From the NCBI GenBank assembly GCA_963775685.1, contig CAVZJV010000014.1, forward strand, positions 1,664,001-1,728,000: 64,000 bases of DNA, in the 5' to 3' direction. Below are positions 19,544-29,525 of this stretch, in pieces. The notes under the pieces were generated by a model. That model was given only the letters and a program-made list of their open reading frames with translations, was not told the DNA's origin and searched no databases. The position numbers were made by a program, and so were the translations under genes. Source of the DNA: Candidatus Bathyarchaeota archaeon. Its GTDB lineage: Archaea > Thermoproteota > Bathyarchaeia > Bathyarchaeales > Bathycorpusculaceae. Each line of letters opens with the position of its first letter. Within the stretch, counting starts at the first letter, position 1.

Positions 19544-20488
19544 ATGGGCGATGTCGTACAAACAACCCGAATCGGCGAAAACCGCGACTTATCATCAATG
19601 CTCAAAACACTCGACGCAGAATGCAGGATTTGCGCACCAACATCACCCTTAGAATGCATAACAAGATGTCAAGTCTACAAACTCAAAAATGAACTCCGCA
19701 AACTTCGCGAAACTATGGACAACCCCAACTATATAAAAGAACTATTCAACGTTTTAAAGAACGAAACACGCCTCCACATCCTAAAATCAATCGTTAACGG
19801 CAGGTACTCAGTCAGCCAGCTTCAGCAAGAACTGAAAAAAACTGGTCACTCACATAGTCAAGACACTATAAATGAAGAATACCTACAGCCTCTGATGGCG
19901 GTCGGGTTAGCAACCGAATCACGGGACGAATACTACGCAACCACATTCGGCGGACGCCTAACAAATTTGCTTGGAGCTTTTCCCGAGTTTGCATCGATGC
20001 TCCCAGCGCATTCAGAATGTTACGAAGAAACACTTCTACGCGAGTTGCTATCAGGTCCCAAAACTTTTGAACAAATAGAAACCTTAATTTCTTCAAAAAT
20101 AGCGTCAAGAATCCTAAAACGTTTACGCTCAGTTGGTTTAATAGAAACTCCCGAAGAGAGAGATTACATATTCTTCTTCCAATCCAAAAGAGACCCAGTA
20201 AAAGAAAACTTTACAGAAACCGAACGCAAAGTCTATGATTCCTTTCCCAAGGAAGGGATTTCAGCAGGCAAACTTGCCAAAGAAACAGGGCTCTCCATGC
20301 GCAGAACCTACAAGTACCTCAGGGGCTTGAAAGGCAAAAAACTTGTATTCATAAGAAAAAGCCCCAAAGCCTACGGTTTAACCTGCAAAGGTGAAATGTT
20401 AGCCACAGTATTGTCTGAGCTTCAACAGATAGTTGAAGATACTTGGTGCTCTTCACAGCAAGTTATCAGCAACAACGATAATGCATAG
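19544..20488 (+). CDS. Multi-winged-helix protein with N-terminal Cys cluster
   Basis: CRIC..SPLECITRC, then ArsR-like LKNETRLHIL and further wHTH units (YYATTFG, YGLTCKG). Confidence 0.7.
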   Translation: MGDVVQTTRIGENRDLSSMLKTLDAECRICAPTSPLECITRCQVYKLKNELRKLRETMDNPNYIKELFNVLKNETRLHILKSIVNGRYSVSQLQQELKKTGHSHSQDTINEEYLQPLMAVGLATESRDEYYATTFGGRLTNLLGAFPEFASMLPAHSECYEETLLRELLSGPKTFEQIETLISSKIASRILKRLRSVGLIETPEERDYIFFFQSKRDPVKENFTETERKVYDSFPKEGISAGKLAKETGLSMRRTYKYLRGLKGKKLVFIRKSPKAYGLTCKGEMLATVLSELQQIVEDTWCSSQQVISNNDNA

Positions 20489-20516
20489 GGCGTAAATTTA
20501 TTTTCTTTCTTTTTGT

Positions 20517-20996
20517 TTATCCGGGTGCGCCATGGAAAGGAACGTTTTCCCAGAGCATTTTCCACCAATCAGCCTCAGTTATGGTTTCGCCATGAACGAT
20601 TATTTCTAAAACCATCTTGAGCATTGCATGGTGTCTGCACTCATCGTCTAATATCGCTTTTAAGAGGAACACCACTTTTTCGTTTTCAATTTTCGGTATC
20701 TTTTCCTGGAGTACCCTGATTAATTTTGCTTCAATCTCTATGTGCTTTTTGACAAGTTCCCTTTGCTCATCAAGATTGCCTTGATTTAAAGCAGTAGAAG
20801 CTTCTGTCAACAGAATAACGGCTGCCGAATAAAGCTCAGCGTGCTTAATCGAATCCAAAGACACACCCTTCAAAACTCCTTTAACGGCTGGATTCTTCAT
20901 GTCAATGAGTGCTTTTTCAAGAGAAGCCACGATTTCGTTTTCAACATCAATCTGGTTCTTCAAGAAATCAAGGAGATCGTCCTTCTTTTTTTCCAT
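20517..20996 (-). CDS. Ferritin-like domain protein
   Basis: E..., DSIKH, HIEIE, DECRHH diiron-type pattern. Confidence 0.75.
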   Translation of the reverse strand: MEKKKDDLLDFLKNQIDVENEIVASLEKALIDMKNPAVKGVLKGVSLDSIKHAELYSAAVILLTEASTALNQGNLDEQRELVKKHIEIEAKLIRVLQEKIPKIENEKVVFLLKAILDDECRHHAMLKMVLEIIVHGETITEADWWKMLWENVPFHGAPG

Positions 20997-21019
20997 AAAT
21001 TTTTCCCTAACGGTTATTG

Positions 21020-21463
21020 TTAAGCCTGATTCATCAAGCTTTCGGAAACCTTCTTGCCAAGTTCTTTGCAAGCATTTAGGATACCTTGGTCTGGTGTGTA
21101 TCTTGCAAGCAGGGGGTCTTCGAATATCTGCATTTCAAACTTGTTCTTCATGATTTCCAACAGAAGTTTTGGCGCTTCACCACTCCACCCGTATGAGCCA
21201 AAAGCTGCACCTATCTTGCCCTTAAAACTTGCGTTTTGCGCTGCTGCCTCTTCAAAGAGGTTCTTGAAATCAACTGGCATATCGTGATGGTAGGTTGGTG
21301 CACCAACAAGTACAGCATCATAAGAAGTCAAGCTTTCAGCATCTATATGATAGCTTAATTCTACATCAACGTCGCCGGTACTTTTTGCACCTTCGGCAAT
21401 GGCGTTTGCCATCTTTTCGGTATTTCCAGTTCGGCTATAATAAAGAACTAGGATTTTTTTCAT
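21020..21463 (-). CDS. Flavodoxin
   Basis: YYSRTGNTEKMA, GAPTY, FGSYGWSGE. Confidence 0.9.
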   Translation of the reverse strand: MKKILVLYYSRTGNTEKMANAIAEGAKSTGDVDVELSYHIDAESLTSYDAVLVGAPTYHHDMPVDFKNLFEEAAAQNASFKGKIGAAFGSYGWSGEAPKLLLEIMKNKFEMQIFEDPLLARYTPDQGILNACKELGKKVSESLMNQA

Positions 21464-21546
21464 AAACAAAAAGTAAACAATAAGTTATTTCAACATTGCT
21501 ATTTTTGTTTTACGAATTACCAGTAAGAAAAATCGCATTTATGGAT

Positions 21547-21813
21547 CTACAAACTCGATTTACTACCCATCCCTGATTGCTTTCTGACGGACATAGCTAT
21601 ATTTCTTGTCGTTCTATTTCCTCTGTTTTCTCCGCCTTTACGTCCAATTTCTCTATAGAATTCTGCCCCTCGCTCCTCAGCCACTTTCGTCCCACACTTT
21701 CGCCCGATCTCTCTGTAAAATGCGGTACCTCTTTCCCTAAACACCTTCTTACCGCCCTTTCGCCCAGCCTCTTGCCTTGTCATTTTTCGCCCTACTTCAT
21801 TTTTCACTGCCAA
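21547..21813 (-). CDS. KGG-repeat general stress protein (GsiB/Em/YciG-like)
   Basis: MTRQEAGRKGG, FYREIGRKGG repeats; TTG start after GGAGGTGA. Confidence 0.85.
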   Translation of the reverse strand: MAVKNEVGRKMTRQEAGRKGGKKVFRERGTAFYREIGRKCGTKVAEERGAEFYREIGRKGGENRGNRTTRNIAMSVRKQSGMGSKSSL

Positions 21814-22028
21814 TACTATTTCACCTCCATAACTCAAAAATCGCCTCGATATTCTAGTTCCGTTGGTTAGCCCTTAAGCCTATGTGGGCTCAAAGAAGCA
21901 ATCACAAACCCATCAAGCATAAATGCGGTAAACGGTTTAGTGATTTAAGCCGAAATTTTTCGGCAAGGAGTGCCATAGTGAATGGGCCTTAAAGGAATTT
22001 AACAATCGCAAAAAATTAAGAGACTAAT

Positions 22029-22217
22029 CTATTCTTCTTCGTGTTCTCTTCCTTCCTTGATAAGTCTGCGGACTCTTTGTCCTCCTTTTGGCCCACCTAT
22101 CTTTCCTCCTTTGCGGCCAATTTCGCTGTAGAATTCTTCGCCGTGAGTTGCAGAAGTTTTAAGTCCGCCTCTGCGACCTGCTTCTTGAACCGTCATTTTG
22201 CCTTTCTTTTCTTCCAT
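22029..22217 (-). CDS. KGG-repeat general stress protein
   Basis: MTVQEAGRRGG...HGEEFYSEIGRKGG; GGAGGTGA RBS. Confidence 0.88.
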   Translation of the reverse strand: MEEKKGKMTVQEAGRRGGLKTSATHGEEFYSEIGRKGGKIGGPKGGQRVRRLIKEGREHEEE

Positions 22218-22311
22218 AAAATCACCTCCACTTAAAAAATAAATAAAGACTTAAAAACGGGAAAAATAAGCCCAGCTGAAAAGATTAAATACTGGTCAGT
22301 TAAGAGATTGC

Positions 22312-22629
22312 TTATTCTTCCTCGTGCTCCTTTCCTGCTTCGATTAGCCGTCGAACTCTTTGTCCGCCTCTGTGACCAGCTTCTTCAAGACTTGTTTTGC
22401 CAATTGCTTCTGGGGAACCTTCATGTTGCTTGGCTCGTTCAGAACCGCCTTTGCTGCCTATTTCACTATAAAATTCGGGACCTCGTTCAGCAGAGACTTT
22501 TTCGCCTCCTTTGCGGCCGATTTCTTCGTAGAATTCTCGACCATGAGTTGAAGCTGTTTTTTCTCCGCCTTTCCTGCCAGCTTCCGCGACAGTCATTTTA
22601 CCTTTTCGTTCTTCGGGTCGTGTACTCAA
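22312..22629 (-). CDS. KGG-repeat general stress protein
   Basis: MTVAEAGRKGG, FYEEIGRKGG, FYSEIGSKGG; GGAGGTGA RBS. Confidence 0.88.
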   Translation of the reverse strand: MSTRPEERKGKMTVAEAGRKGGEKTASTHGREFYEEIGRKGGEKVSAERGPEFYSEIGSKGGSERAKQHEGSPEAIGKTSLEEAGHRGGQRVRRLIEAGKEHEEE

Positions 22630-22868
22630 AAATTCACCTCCTATCTTAACAACTGAAAAGTTAACATAAAAATAGAGCCGAACAACCGCTCATAAAGCTA
22701 TGTTGTAGTGACATAGCAGTAACATGCTAACTATACGTCAACAATAACCGCGATTTAAGCGCAAATAGACACAAATCAGCTAACCTCTCCATCGTTAAAT
22801 CTTAACCGCATATTATAAGTTAATTTAAATATCTGGAAAATGTCAACTAAATAATCATTGGGTACACA

Positions 22869-24356
22869 ATGAAAGTGCTTCTAATCAATCCGCCGCAGAC
22901 GTTCTATCGGGGTTCCGAGCAGCCTGCTGGCAACCTACCTATTGGTTTAATGTATATAGCTGCGGTTTTGAAGAAGTCAGGTTACTCAGTTGAGATTCTG
23001 GATGCGTTCATGGCAGACTGCGTCTTTCAAGAGAACGATGAAACCATAAATGTGGGCTTATCCTTTGACCAAATCAAACAGGAAATCGAGTTTCGAAAAC
23101 CCGATATCATTGGCATCGCTGGACCCTTCAGCTGTCAAATAGGCAACGCCTTAAAAATCAGTGACCTCGCCAAACAAATTAACCAAAATATTTTAACCGT
23201 TGTTGGGGGGCCACATGTAACGTTGGTGCCTAAACAATTCTTGGAGGAAGCAATTGATGTTGACGTTGTTGTTATGGGCGAGGGAGAATATGCTATGCTT
23301 GAGATCGTTGAGGCCTTTGAGGGCAAAAGACAGTTCAGCATGATATTTGGGATTGCCTACCGACAAAATGGCGAAGTTACGGTTAATCCTCCTAGACCGT
23401 TTATTCAGCAACTAGATGAGTTGCCTTACCCGGCCTATGACTTGGTAGATATGGAGCTTTACCTTAACCCCCAGAAGATTGGTTACCGTAGCTTCCAGGG
23501 TCGAGCCATATCCATGATCACAAGTCGTGGCTGCCCGTTTAACTGTTGTTTCTGTGCCGTCCACTTGCACATGGGACAGAACTTTAGAGCGCATTCGGCA
23601 AAATACGTTTTGGAACACATCCAATATGTCGTTGACAAGTTTAAGGTAAAAAACATCTTTTTCGAAGATGATAACCTGACATTGGACATTAAACGTTTCG
23701 AGGCAATCTGTGACGGAATAATCGAGCGTAAAATAAAGATTGGTTGGGAAACTCCAAACGGAGTTCGTGCAGACTACCTAAACTTGAGTTTGCTCAAGAA
23801 AATGAAACAGTCTGGCGCAAATAGCATTTTTGTGGGAGTTGAATCAGGTGACCAGCAAATCCTCGACAATGTCATTTGCAAGAGCCTGGACCTAAACCGT
23901 GTGGTCCAATTCGCAAAAGACGCCAAACAAATAGGGTTGAAAACAGGCGCCTTCTACATCATCGGCTTTCCTGGCGAAACAAAGCAGAATATGCAGCGAA
24001 CCGTTGATTTTGCACTTGAGTTGAAACGGAAATACGATGTTGGGATGCACTTGTTCGTGGCGACACCCTCCTATGGGACAAGGTTGTATGAGGACTGCAG
24101 ATCTAAGGGCTATATCCAGGAGAATCTAAATTGGAACTCTTTTGCTGAGGCAAGACAACCAAAGGGCATGCCGCTTATCACAACAAACGAGTTCACACCT
24201 GCCGAAGTCAAGGAGATAGCGGCAAGGGCATTGGCTGAATACAAGAGACTGTTGCTAATAAATCACCTTAAGAATCCACGCAAGGCGTTAAAAACAGCTT
24301 TTGCGCAGCCACAGCTTATAGGAAAATACTTAAGAAATTTACTTGGATTAACATGA
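22869..24356 (+). CDS. B12-binding radical SAM protein
   Basis: LLINPP...PIGL, GGPH, GEGE, SRGCPFNCCFC, GVESG. Confidence 0.92.
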   Translation: MKVLLINPPQTFYRGSEQPAGNLPIGLMYIAAVLKKSGYSVEILDAFMADCVFQENDETINVGLSFDQIKQEIEFRKPDIIGIAGPFSCQIGNALKISDLAKQINQNILTVVGGPHVTLVPKQFLEEAIDVDVVVMGEGEYAMLEIVEAFEGKRQFSMIFGIAYRQNGEVTVNPPRPFIQQLDELPYPAYDLVDMELYLNPQKIGYRSFQGRAISMITSRGCPFNCCFCAVHLHMGQNFRAHSAKYVLEHIQYVVDKFKVKNIFFEDDNLTLDIKRFEAICDGIIERKIKIGWETPNGVRADYLNLSLLKKMKQSGANSIFVGVESGDQQILDNVICKSLDLNRVVQFAKDAKQIGLKTGAFYIIGFPGETKQNMQRTVDFALELKRKYDVGMHLFVATPSYGTRLYEDCRSKGYIQENLNWNSFAEARQPKGMPLITTNEFTPAEVKEIAARALAEYKRLLLINHLKNPRKALKTAFAQPQLIGKYLRNLLGLT

Positions 24357-24943
24357 AAAATGCTATCAAAAACAAAAATTATCTGCTATAGAAGGATTAA
24401 ACTTAACATAACTTGATCTGTGAAGGCGTCTTTTTTTGTGGGATTCTTTTGTTTGATAGAAGAACAACAGTTGAATTTGCAGCAATGGAAGCCTTGTTTT
24501 GAGTTGCTTTTTTGATTTAGGGCTTGTGGTGTCTGCAGGGTGCGTCTGGAAAAGTCATAAAATGTCATAGAAAGTCTGAAAAATGCTTTGCCGATCAATT
24601 GTCAAGCAACTAACCAGACCAACTTTCCATGGGTTAGCTTCCAATATTATGTTTAAAGTAGCAGCGCCTAGCGTGCGTTTACGTGTCTGAGACGAGGTTA
24701 TCCTGTAGTCTTTTGGGGGTTTAACTGTTTTAGCTGGTCGGTAGCACTGAGAAAGCAATGTCAATCTTGCAAACGTAGATCGGGTTAGGAAAATGTCAGC
24801 ACGAAATGCCTTTGTCTAATTTGATTGTTCGATTGCCAGCGGAGAATCGCTTTTTATAAGCCAAAACAAGAGTTGTTAGTTTTTTCAAGAATTAATTCGC
24901 GATTATAATGAAGGTTTCTTTGGCCAAAACTGCGCTGTCATTG

Positions 24944-25738
24944 TTACACTTCTTGACTTTCAGGTTTTCCAATTAAGAAAGGTTGCAGTTCACCATGTAA
25001 ACTAATCTGTCGATAATATGCAATCCAGCCATAATGTAAACTGTTAAGAATGTTTTCAATTCTTTGTTTTTCCTCACAAAATGTCTTTGCTGCTTTACCC
25101 GTCTGTTTATGCACTTCGATGATTAAAATAGGCTTATTTTTTGTGATAGTCTCTTTTGCGCCGTATAGGATAGGCGTTTCGTAGCCTTCTGTGTCTATTT
25201 TGATTACCCCCACTTTGGACAGGTGCATGCTGTCTAATTTTCTGACTGTTATATCGATTGTTCTGCCCCCAGGCAGGTTGATTTCTTCATCCATGGTTCC
25301 TGTTACACCGAAGGCTGTATAACCTAAACGTCCAACAGCATCCTTATCTCCAATAGCGTAAGGGAACGGGTGAACATTAGGGAATTTTTTAGCTCGCTCC
25401 TTCAAAATGTTGTATGCTTTAGGCATTGGCTCAAATGCATAAACTTCAAAGCCTTTTTTGGCAACAAAAAAAGTCCAGCCGCCAATATTTGCTCCAGCGT
25501 CAATGAGACACTTTCCAGATGGGGGTACCATATATTTTCTGAGGAAGTCTTCGCTGCCGCTGTCTTCATAGTCTGATAGGTCGCCTACCTTGTTAAAAAA
25601 ATCATAAACTACTGACGGGAAAGGTACTCTTCGACGGTTAAGTATACGAACAAGAATATTCACTATTGTTAATGCATTACCTTTATTCAAAACGATGTCG
25701 TCAATTTGTGCCTGTGTCTTTTTGATGTAGGCTGCCAT
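24944..25738 (-). CDS. FkbM-family methyltransferase
   Basis: IDAGANIG, AFEP, IKIDTEGYE. Confidence 0.9.
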   Translation of the reverse strand: MAAYIKKTQAQIDDIVLNKGNALTIVNILVRILNRRRVPFPSVVYDFFNKVGDLSDYEDSGSEDFLRKYMVPPSGKCLIDAGANIGGWTFFVAKKGFEVYAFEPMPKAYNILKERAKKFPNVHPFPYAIGDKDAVGRLGYTAFGVTGTMDEEINLPGGRTIDITVRKLDSMHLSKVGVIKIDTEGYETPILYGAKETITKNKPILIIEVHKQTGKAAKTFCEEKQRIENILNSLHYGWIAYYRQISLHGELQPFLIGKPESQEV

Positions 25739-26045
25739 AATTTATGCTATTTCGCAGACGACATATAATTGTTACGTAATTGTTAAGACAACAATTGCAT
25801 ACAGCAAATCAAATATTTTATCTAAAGCCTGTTGATTCTATAGATACCAGGGAAAAACTCTGAGCCACTTATCTTACTCAACAATCCAGTTACGATCACT
25901 AAAACAATGAACCCTGCAATCTTACTGGAATGGTGGACTAAAATTTCACATCGATATAAAGCAATGTAGTTGACAAAGCAATCGTCCGACCTGAGTCCAA
26001 TAATTAAGGAAGTGCAGGTTGCAGAATAGTTTATTTTGGAGGGGT

Positions 26046-26064
26046 CGGACCCGCTGGGGTTCGA
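26046..26064 (-). repeat. Degenerate tRNA-Arg 3'-end copy (att-like remnant 2)
   Basis: CGGACCCGCTGGGGTTCGA vs tRNA CGGGCCCGCTGGGATTTGA (plus-strand reading). Confidence 0.5.
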
Positions 26065-26670
26065 TCGCGCTGAGACGGATTTATCCTGTTGCTGCTTGCT
26101 GAATTAATGTCTGCTAATCACTGAGAGCGATGACTTTTGAGGTTTGTTTGGTCTTTGTAGGTGATTGCATCCTTGATAGTTCCTCTTTTGTTAGCAGTTG
26201 GTCTCGACTCATTCGTAGTTCCTACTTAACGCCGTTAGTGCGTTTATTTTTGTACATATATTTGGTTTTTCTTTTTGTGTGGGTGCGGCGTCCTAAAATC
26301 GCACACCACACTTGTGGCTTTGGAACGTTTGCTTTCTTAGTTTAGGTTGCGTTTCTATTGTATTTTAAGTGTGAAGAGAGGTTTGTTCCACACAGTCAAC
26401 ATGGAACCTATGTTGAATATTGTGAATGTGAGTGTGCAAGCATGTTAGCGACACCAGTTCTATGTCTTAATTAGGAATTTTTCCTAAAAAATCCAAAATA
26501 TTAGTCCAACTTATTTCCGCATCCTTCGTTGCAGGGCTAAAGCAAAAAGGCTCAAATGGGCGATTCTTTGTTGCTGCTTTAGGGCGCTATGATAAGAGTT
26601 ACAGAAAAGTGTAACAACATTAGATTTTAGAACGACAATCAAAACGCAAATCAAGCTCTAAATGCTAGAA

Positions 26671-26694
26671 CAATGGCGGACCCGCTGGGACTCG
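26671..26694 (-). repeat. Degenerate tRNA-Arg 3'-end copy (att-like remnant 1)
   Basis: CAATGGCGGACCCGCTGGGACTCG vs CAATGGCGGGCCCGCTGGGATTTG at 28608 (21/24 identical). Confidence 0.7.
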
Positions 26695-26799
26695 CCTAAT
26701 TATATAAGCGAATCTCTATTTGCTAAATTTTTGCACTAAAAATATCAAGTAAGGTTAGATAAAATGAACTGGACGCAAGAATGCTTGCTCAATGTAACT

Positions 26800-27510
26800 T
26801 TAGCTTTTTTCATTGAGCGAACCTTTAGGAAGACGAATCTTAATTGTTTTCTTGTAGATTGCTAGGGCGAAGGTGAATATCCAAACCATATATGGGATAA
26901 GGGCTGCTCGCTGGATTAGACCAGCCCAATCGTTGAAGGCATTTGGGGCTGCCGGTGGCACTGCAGGACCAATACGCAAAACGATTACAGCAGCGACAAT
27001 GATTATAGTCGCGGCGAGGGTCCAAGATTTGAGCGGTTGCCATTCGGGGTCGCTGCTGAAGCGTCGCCAGAACACAAAGCAGCTTATTGGCATTAACAGG
27101 AACACGAATGCACCTAAGAGCTGATGTACTATTCCGTGCAAACTCATCTGCGCAAATGAGGTACTTGCAAAGTCCATAACAAAAGGTCCTGAAAACAGAA
27201 GGCAAAACCCAATAACCGCCAGAAGGATAGGACCAGATTTAGATGATTTGCCACCCTTAAACTCAGCAGCAACCCCAAAGGCGAAGACAAGCAACAGAAC
27301 ACCAGAAATCATAAAATTTGCAATTTGAATCCCACCACTAGAACCTAAAGATAGCTCACTCACATACATTGCAAAAGGATTATAACCAACGCGCAACCAG
27401 CCTTCAATTGTAAATACTACTACGAAAAAGGCCGACCCAAACATGCCAGCCAATGCCCCAATTCTGACAAGATTTGCATGGTGTGATAATCTTTGTTGCA
27501 TGTTTTTCAA
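26800..27510 (-). CDS. DUF998-family membrane protein
   Basis: GYNP...VSELSLG...IQIANF, GIVH, GLIQR; several TM helices. Confidence 0.82.
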   Translation of the reverse strand: MKNMQQRLSHHANLVRIGALAGMFGSAFFVVVFTIEGWLRVGYNPFAMYVSELSLGSSGGIQIANFMISGVLLLVFAFGVAAEFKGGKSSKSGPILLAVIGFCLLFSGPFVMDFASTSFAQMSLHGIVHQLLGAFVFLLMPISCFVFWRRFSSDPEWQPLKSWTLAATIIIVAAVIVLRIGPAVPPAAPNAFNDWAGLIQRAALIPYMVWIFTFALAIYKKTIKIRLPKGSLNEKS

Positions 27511-27607
27511 CTTCAGTTAGCTCCATATTATGGCAGGGCTTCAGATTAAGGTTTTAGCGAATATGCTCGCCTTTTAGGATATATTTAGGCGTGAACTATA
27601 ACTGTAT

Positions 27608-28360
27608 ATGTTGCGCAAGCTTGTTATGGAGTTATCACTTAAGGACTTAGGTAGAAATCTGAAAGAGGCAAATCTGAAGAGCTTTGGAAAAACCACAACA
27701 GAGTCTTCAGGTCAGCAGGCATTTTCTGAGTTGCAAGGGTTGAATGTGGTTAAGATGTTGCAGAAAGTCAAGAAGTTAGAGATGCAACATCTTCTCAGGT
27801 TTGACCAAGACGGATTTGCAGCCATAATCAAAGTTGAAACCAAACATTCCTCTGACAACGTTGAAGACGTAATGAGCAGCATACTTGAGATTGCCAATGG
27901 CAAACTTCAGCTTTTAGAGAAAGAAAAAGAAGGCGCATACACTTATTTTGTTAAAGGTAAACTGCCCAATCCAAGCCTAGAAACAAATAGCAAAAAAATC
28001 ATGTATCCGGTCCCCCCGTTCAGTTTCAAGGAGGGAAAATTCAGGTATACTTTGCTGGGCGATAGCAGACAGCTCAAAGAGCTACTTGAGACATTCAACA
28101 CCTTTGGTCTGCGCTATAAAATAATCTCGCTTATGGATGCAAGATTCTCTCCCAGCTCACCTATTAGCCGTTTAACAGAAAAACAAAGAGAGGCCATCAA
28201 CTTAGCGTTTAAACTTGGATATTTTGATACACCCAGAAAGATAAACGTGGAACAGCTTGCGACAAAACTTAGCTTAGCAAGCTCCACCTTGGCAGTGCAT
28301 TTAAGAAGAGCAGAAAAACGCCTCCTCGCTATAATGCTAAGCGAAGAAACACAGCTCTGA
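27608..28360 (+). CDS. Bacterio-opsin-activator (HTH_10) family regulator
   Basis: LTEKQREAINLAFKLGYFDTPRKI...LAVHLRRAEKRLL. Confidence 0.9.
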   Translation: MLRKLVMELSLKDLGRNLKEANLKSFGKTTTESSGQQAFSELQGLNVVKMLQKVKKLEMQHLLRFDQDGFAAIIKVETKHSSDNVEDVMSSILEIANGKLQLLEKEKEGAYTYFVKGKLPNPSLETNSKKIMYPVPPFSFKEGKFRYTLLGDSRQLKELLETFNTFGLRYKIISLMDARFSPSSPISRLTEKQREAINLAFKLGYFDTPRKINVEQLATKLSLASSTLAVHLRRAEKRLLAIMLSEETQL

Positions 28361-28610
28361 AAACTTTTAGCATACAGCTGTTCCCACAATACTGGCTTTT
28401 AATGCACTGGTTTATATAATTTAGTCATTTAAAACCAAGATAAGGGATGTCATTTTGGTTGGAGTCGGTCGATGCAGGATTGCCCCGAAAAATAAGCGAA
28501 GAAAAGTAACAAACTAATAGCTTGGCAGATACGCCAGTGCCATAAGCGGCTAACTTTAACATTGAGCCATTTTTGCTAAAGGATTTGCTTAATAGAATAA
28601 GCGAATCCAA

Positions 28611-28689
28611 TGGCGGGCCCGCTGGGATTTGAACCCAGGATTCTCGGCTCCGGAGGCCGATGCCTTAATCCGTGCTAGACTACGAGCCC
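28611..28689 (-). tRNA. tRNA-Arg(CCG), CCA encoded, no intron
   Basis: Acceptor GGGCTCG/CGGGCCC, anticodon arm TCGGC-CTCCGGA-GCCGA, T arm CTGGG-TTCAAAT-CCCAG. Confidence 0.95.
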
Positions 28690-28729
28690 ACAACGCCAAA
28701 CAAACAGACCTTATCGATTTAAAGCTAAC

Positions 28730-29236
28730 TTATTCCTGAATCAGTTCCCGGTCTATCCACCAAGCTTTCTTCTTTCCGGACCGTTCGCCAGCGTAATATT
28801 CAATTATGGATTTTCCAATTTGTTTTTTGCTGGTTTTCTGAATTTTGCGCAACCGATTAAGTATGAGCCAACGATTAGTTTTAACATAATCTGCCATTTC
28901 AGGCGTGGTTGCCGACTTGTAATGCATTAGGTACTCCATGATTTTGTGGTCTACTTCGTCTATACAGTAGGCGTGAGGGTCAATTTTTCCATGTTGAAAC
29001 GTGAGGATTTCCAGTTCAGCGAGGTACTTACGGATTTGGCCAAATTCCTGCTCGATTTTGTCCATACGCTCCTGCAGTGCCATCAGAGTATTAGGTTTAG
29101 GTGTTTTCTGAAGTTTTTCAGCTATAGCTTCGCGGATAAAGGTGCTTCTGTCTCCTTCTGGGATGCGCAGAGCCATTTCATGGTAGACTTCTTCGGGCAC
29201 TTTTACGGTGACTGTTCGCGTCTCGCTCACACTCAT
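28730..29236 (-). CDS. RHH + coiled-coil + winged-helix DNA-binding protein
   Basis: RTVTVKVPEEVY...RSTFIREAI RHH; DEVDHKIMEYL...TTPEMA wHTH. Confidence 0.75.
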   Translation of the reverse strand: MSVSETRTVTVKVPEEVYHEMALRIPEGDRSTFIREAIAEKLQKTPKPNTLMALQERMDKIEQEFGQIRKYLAELEILTFQHGKIDPHAYCIDEVDHKIMEYLMHYKSATTPEMADYVKTNRWLILNRLRKIQKTSKKQIGKSIIEYYAGERSGKKKAWWIDRELIQE

Positions 29237-29525
29237 ACCTCAGTACCAGATATGGATGGTTTAGTTATTTTAGTTTCCCCAAATAGAGGCTCTGTTTCTG
29301 TGTTACTTGGGCCATTGCTTCACACCTGCAACTTGGTACTTTCGTTGATGGATAACAGCAGGTTTTTGTGGAAACTGATGTTGTTGTTAGGTGAGGCTCA
29401 TCCACATCGTCTTCAGAAAAAACAACCCTCTTCCCAAACGATCATTAAACCGCGTCGCATTAATAGAGTTTGCTTCAGTTAAGCCCATATTGATTTATTA
29501 GTGACGCACACAAAATACTCGCACG

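Noticed and set aside
21547-22629. Nucleotide repeats within KGG genes as a CRISPR-like array
   Set aside because: The repeats are in-frame coding repeats
24386-24900. Long intergenic region with short ORFs, possible ncRNA
   Set aside because: No convincing protein motif, C/D boxes or stable structure could be identified by eye
28476-28495. AGGATTGCCC(C)GAAA shared with 54121-54140, both near tRNA loci
   Set aside because: The match is too short and gapped to exclude chance
29260-29410. Possible Cys-containing ~48-aa minus-strand ORF upstream of the RHH-wHTH gene
   Set aside because: No clear RBS or recognisable motif; cannot be supported
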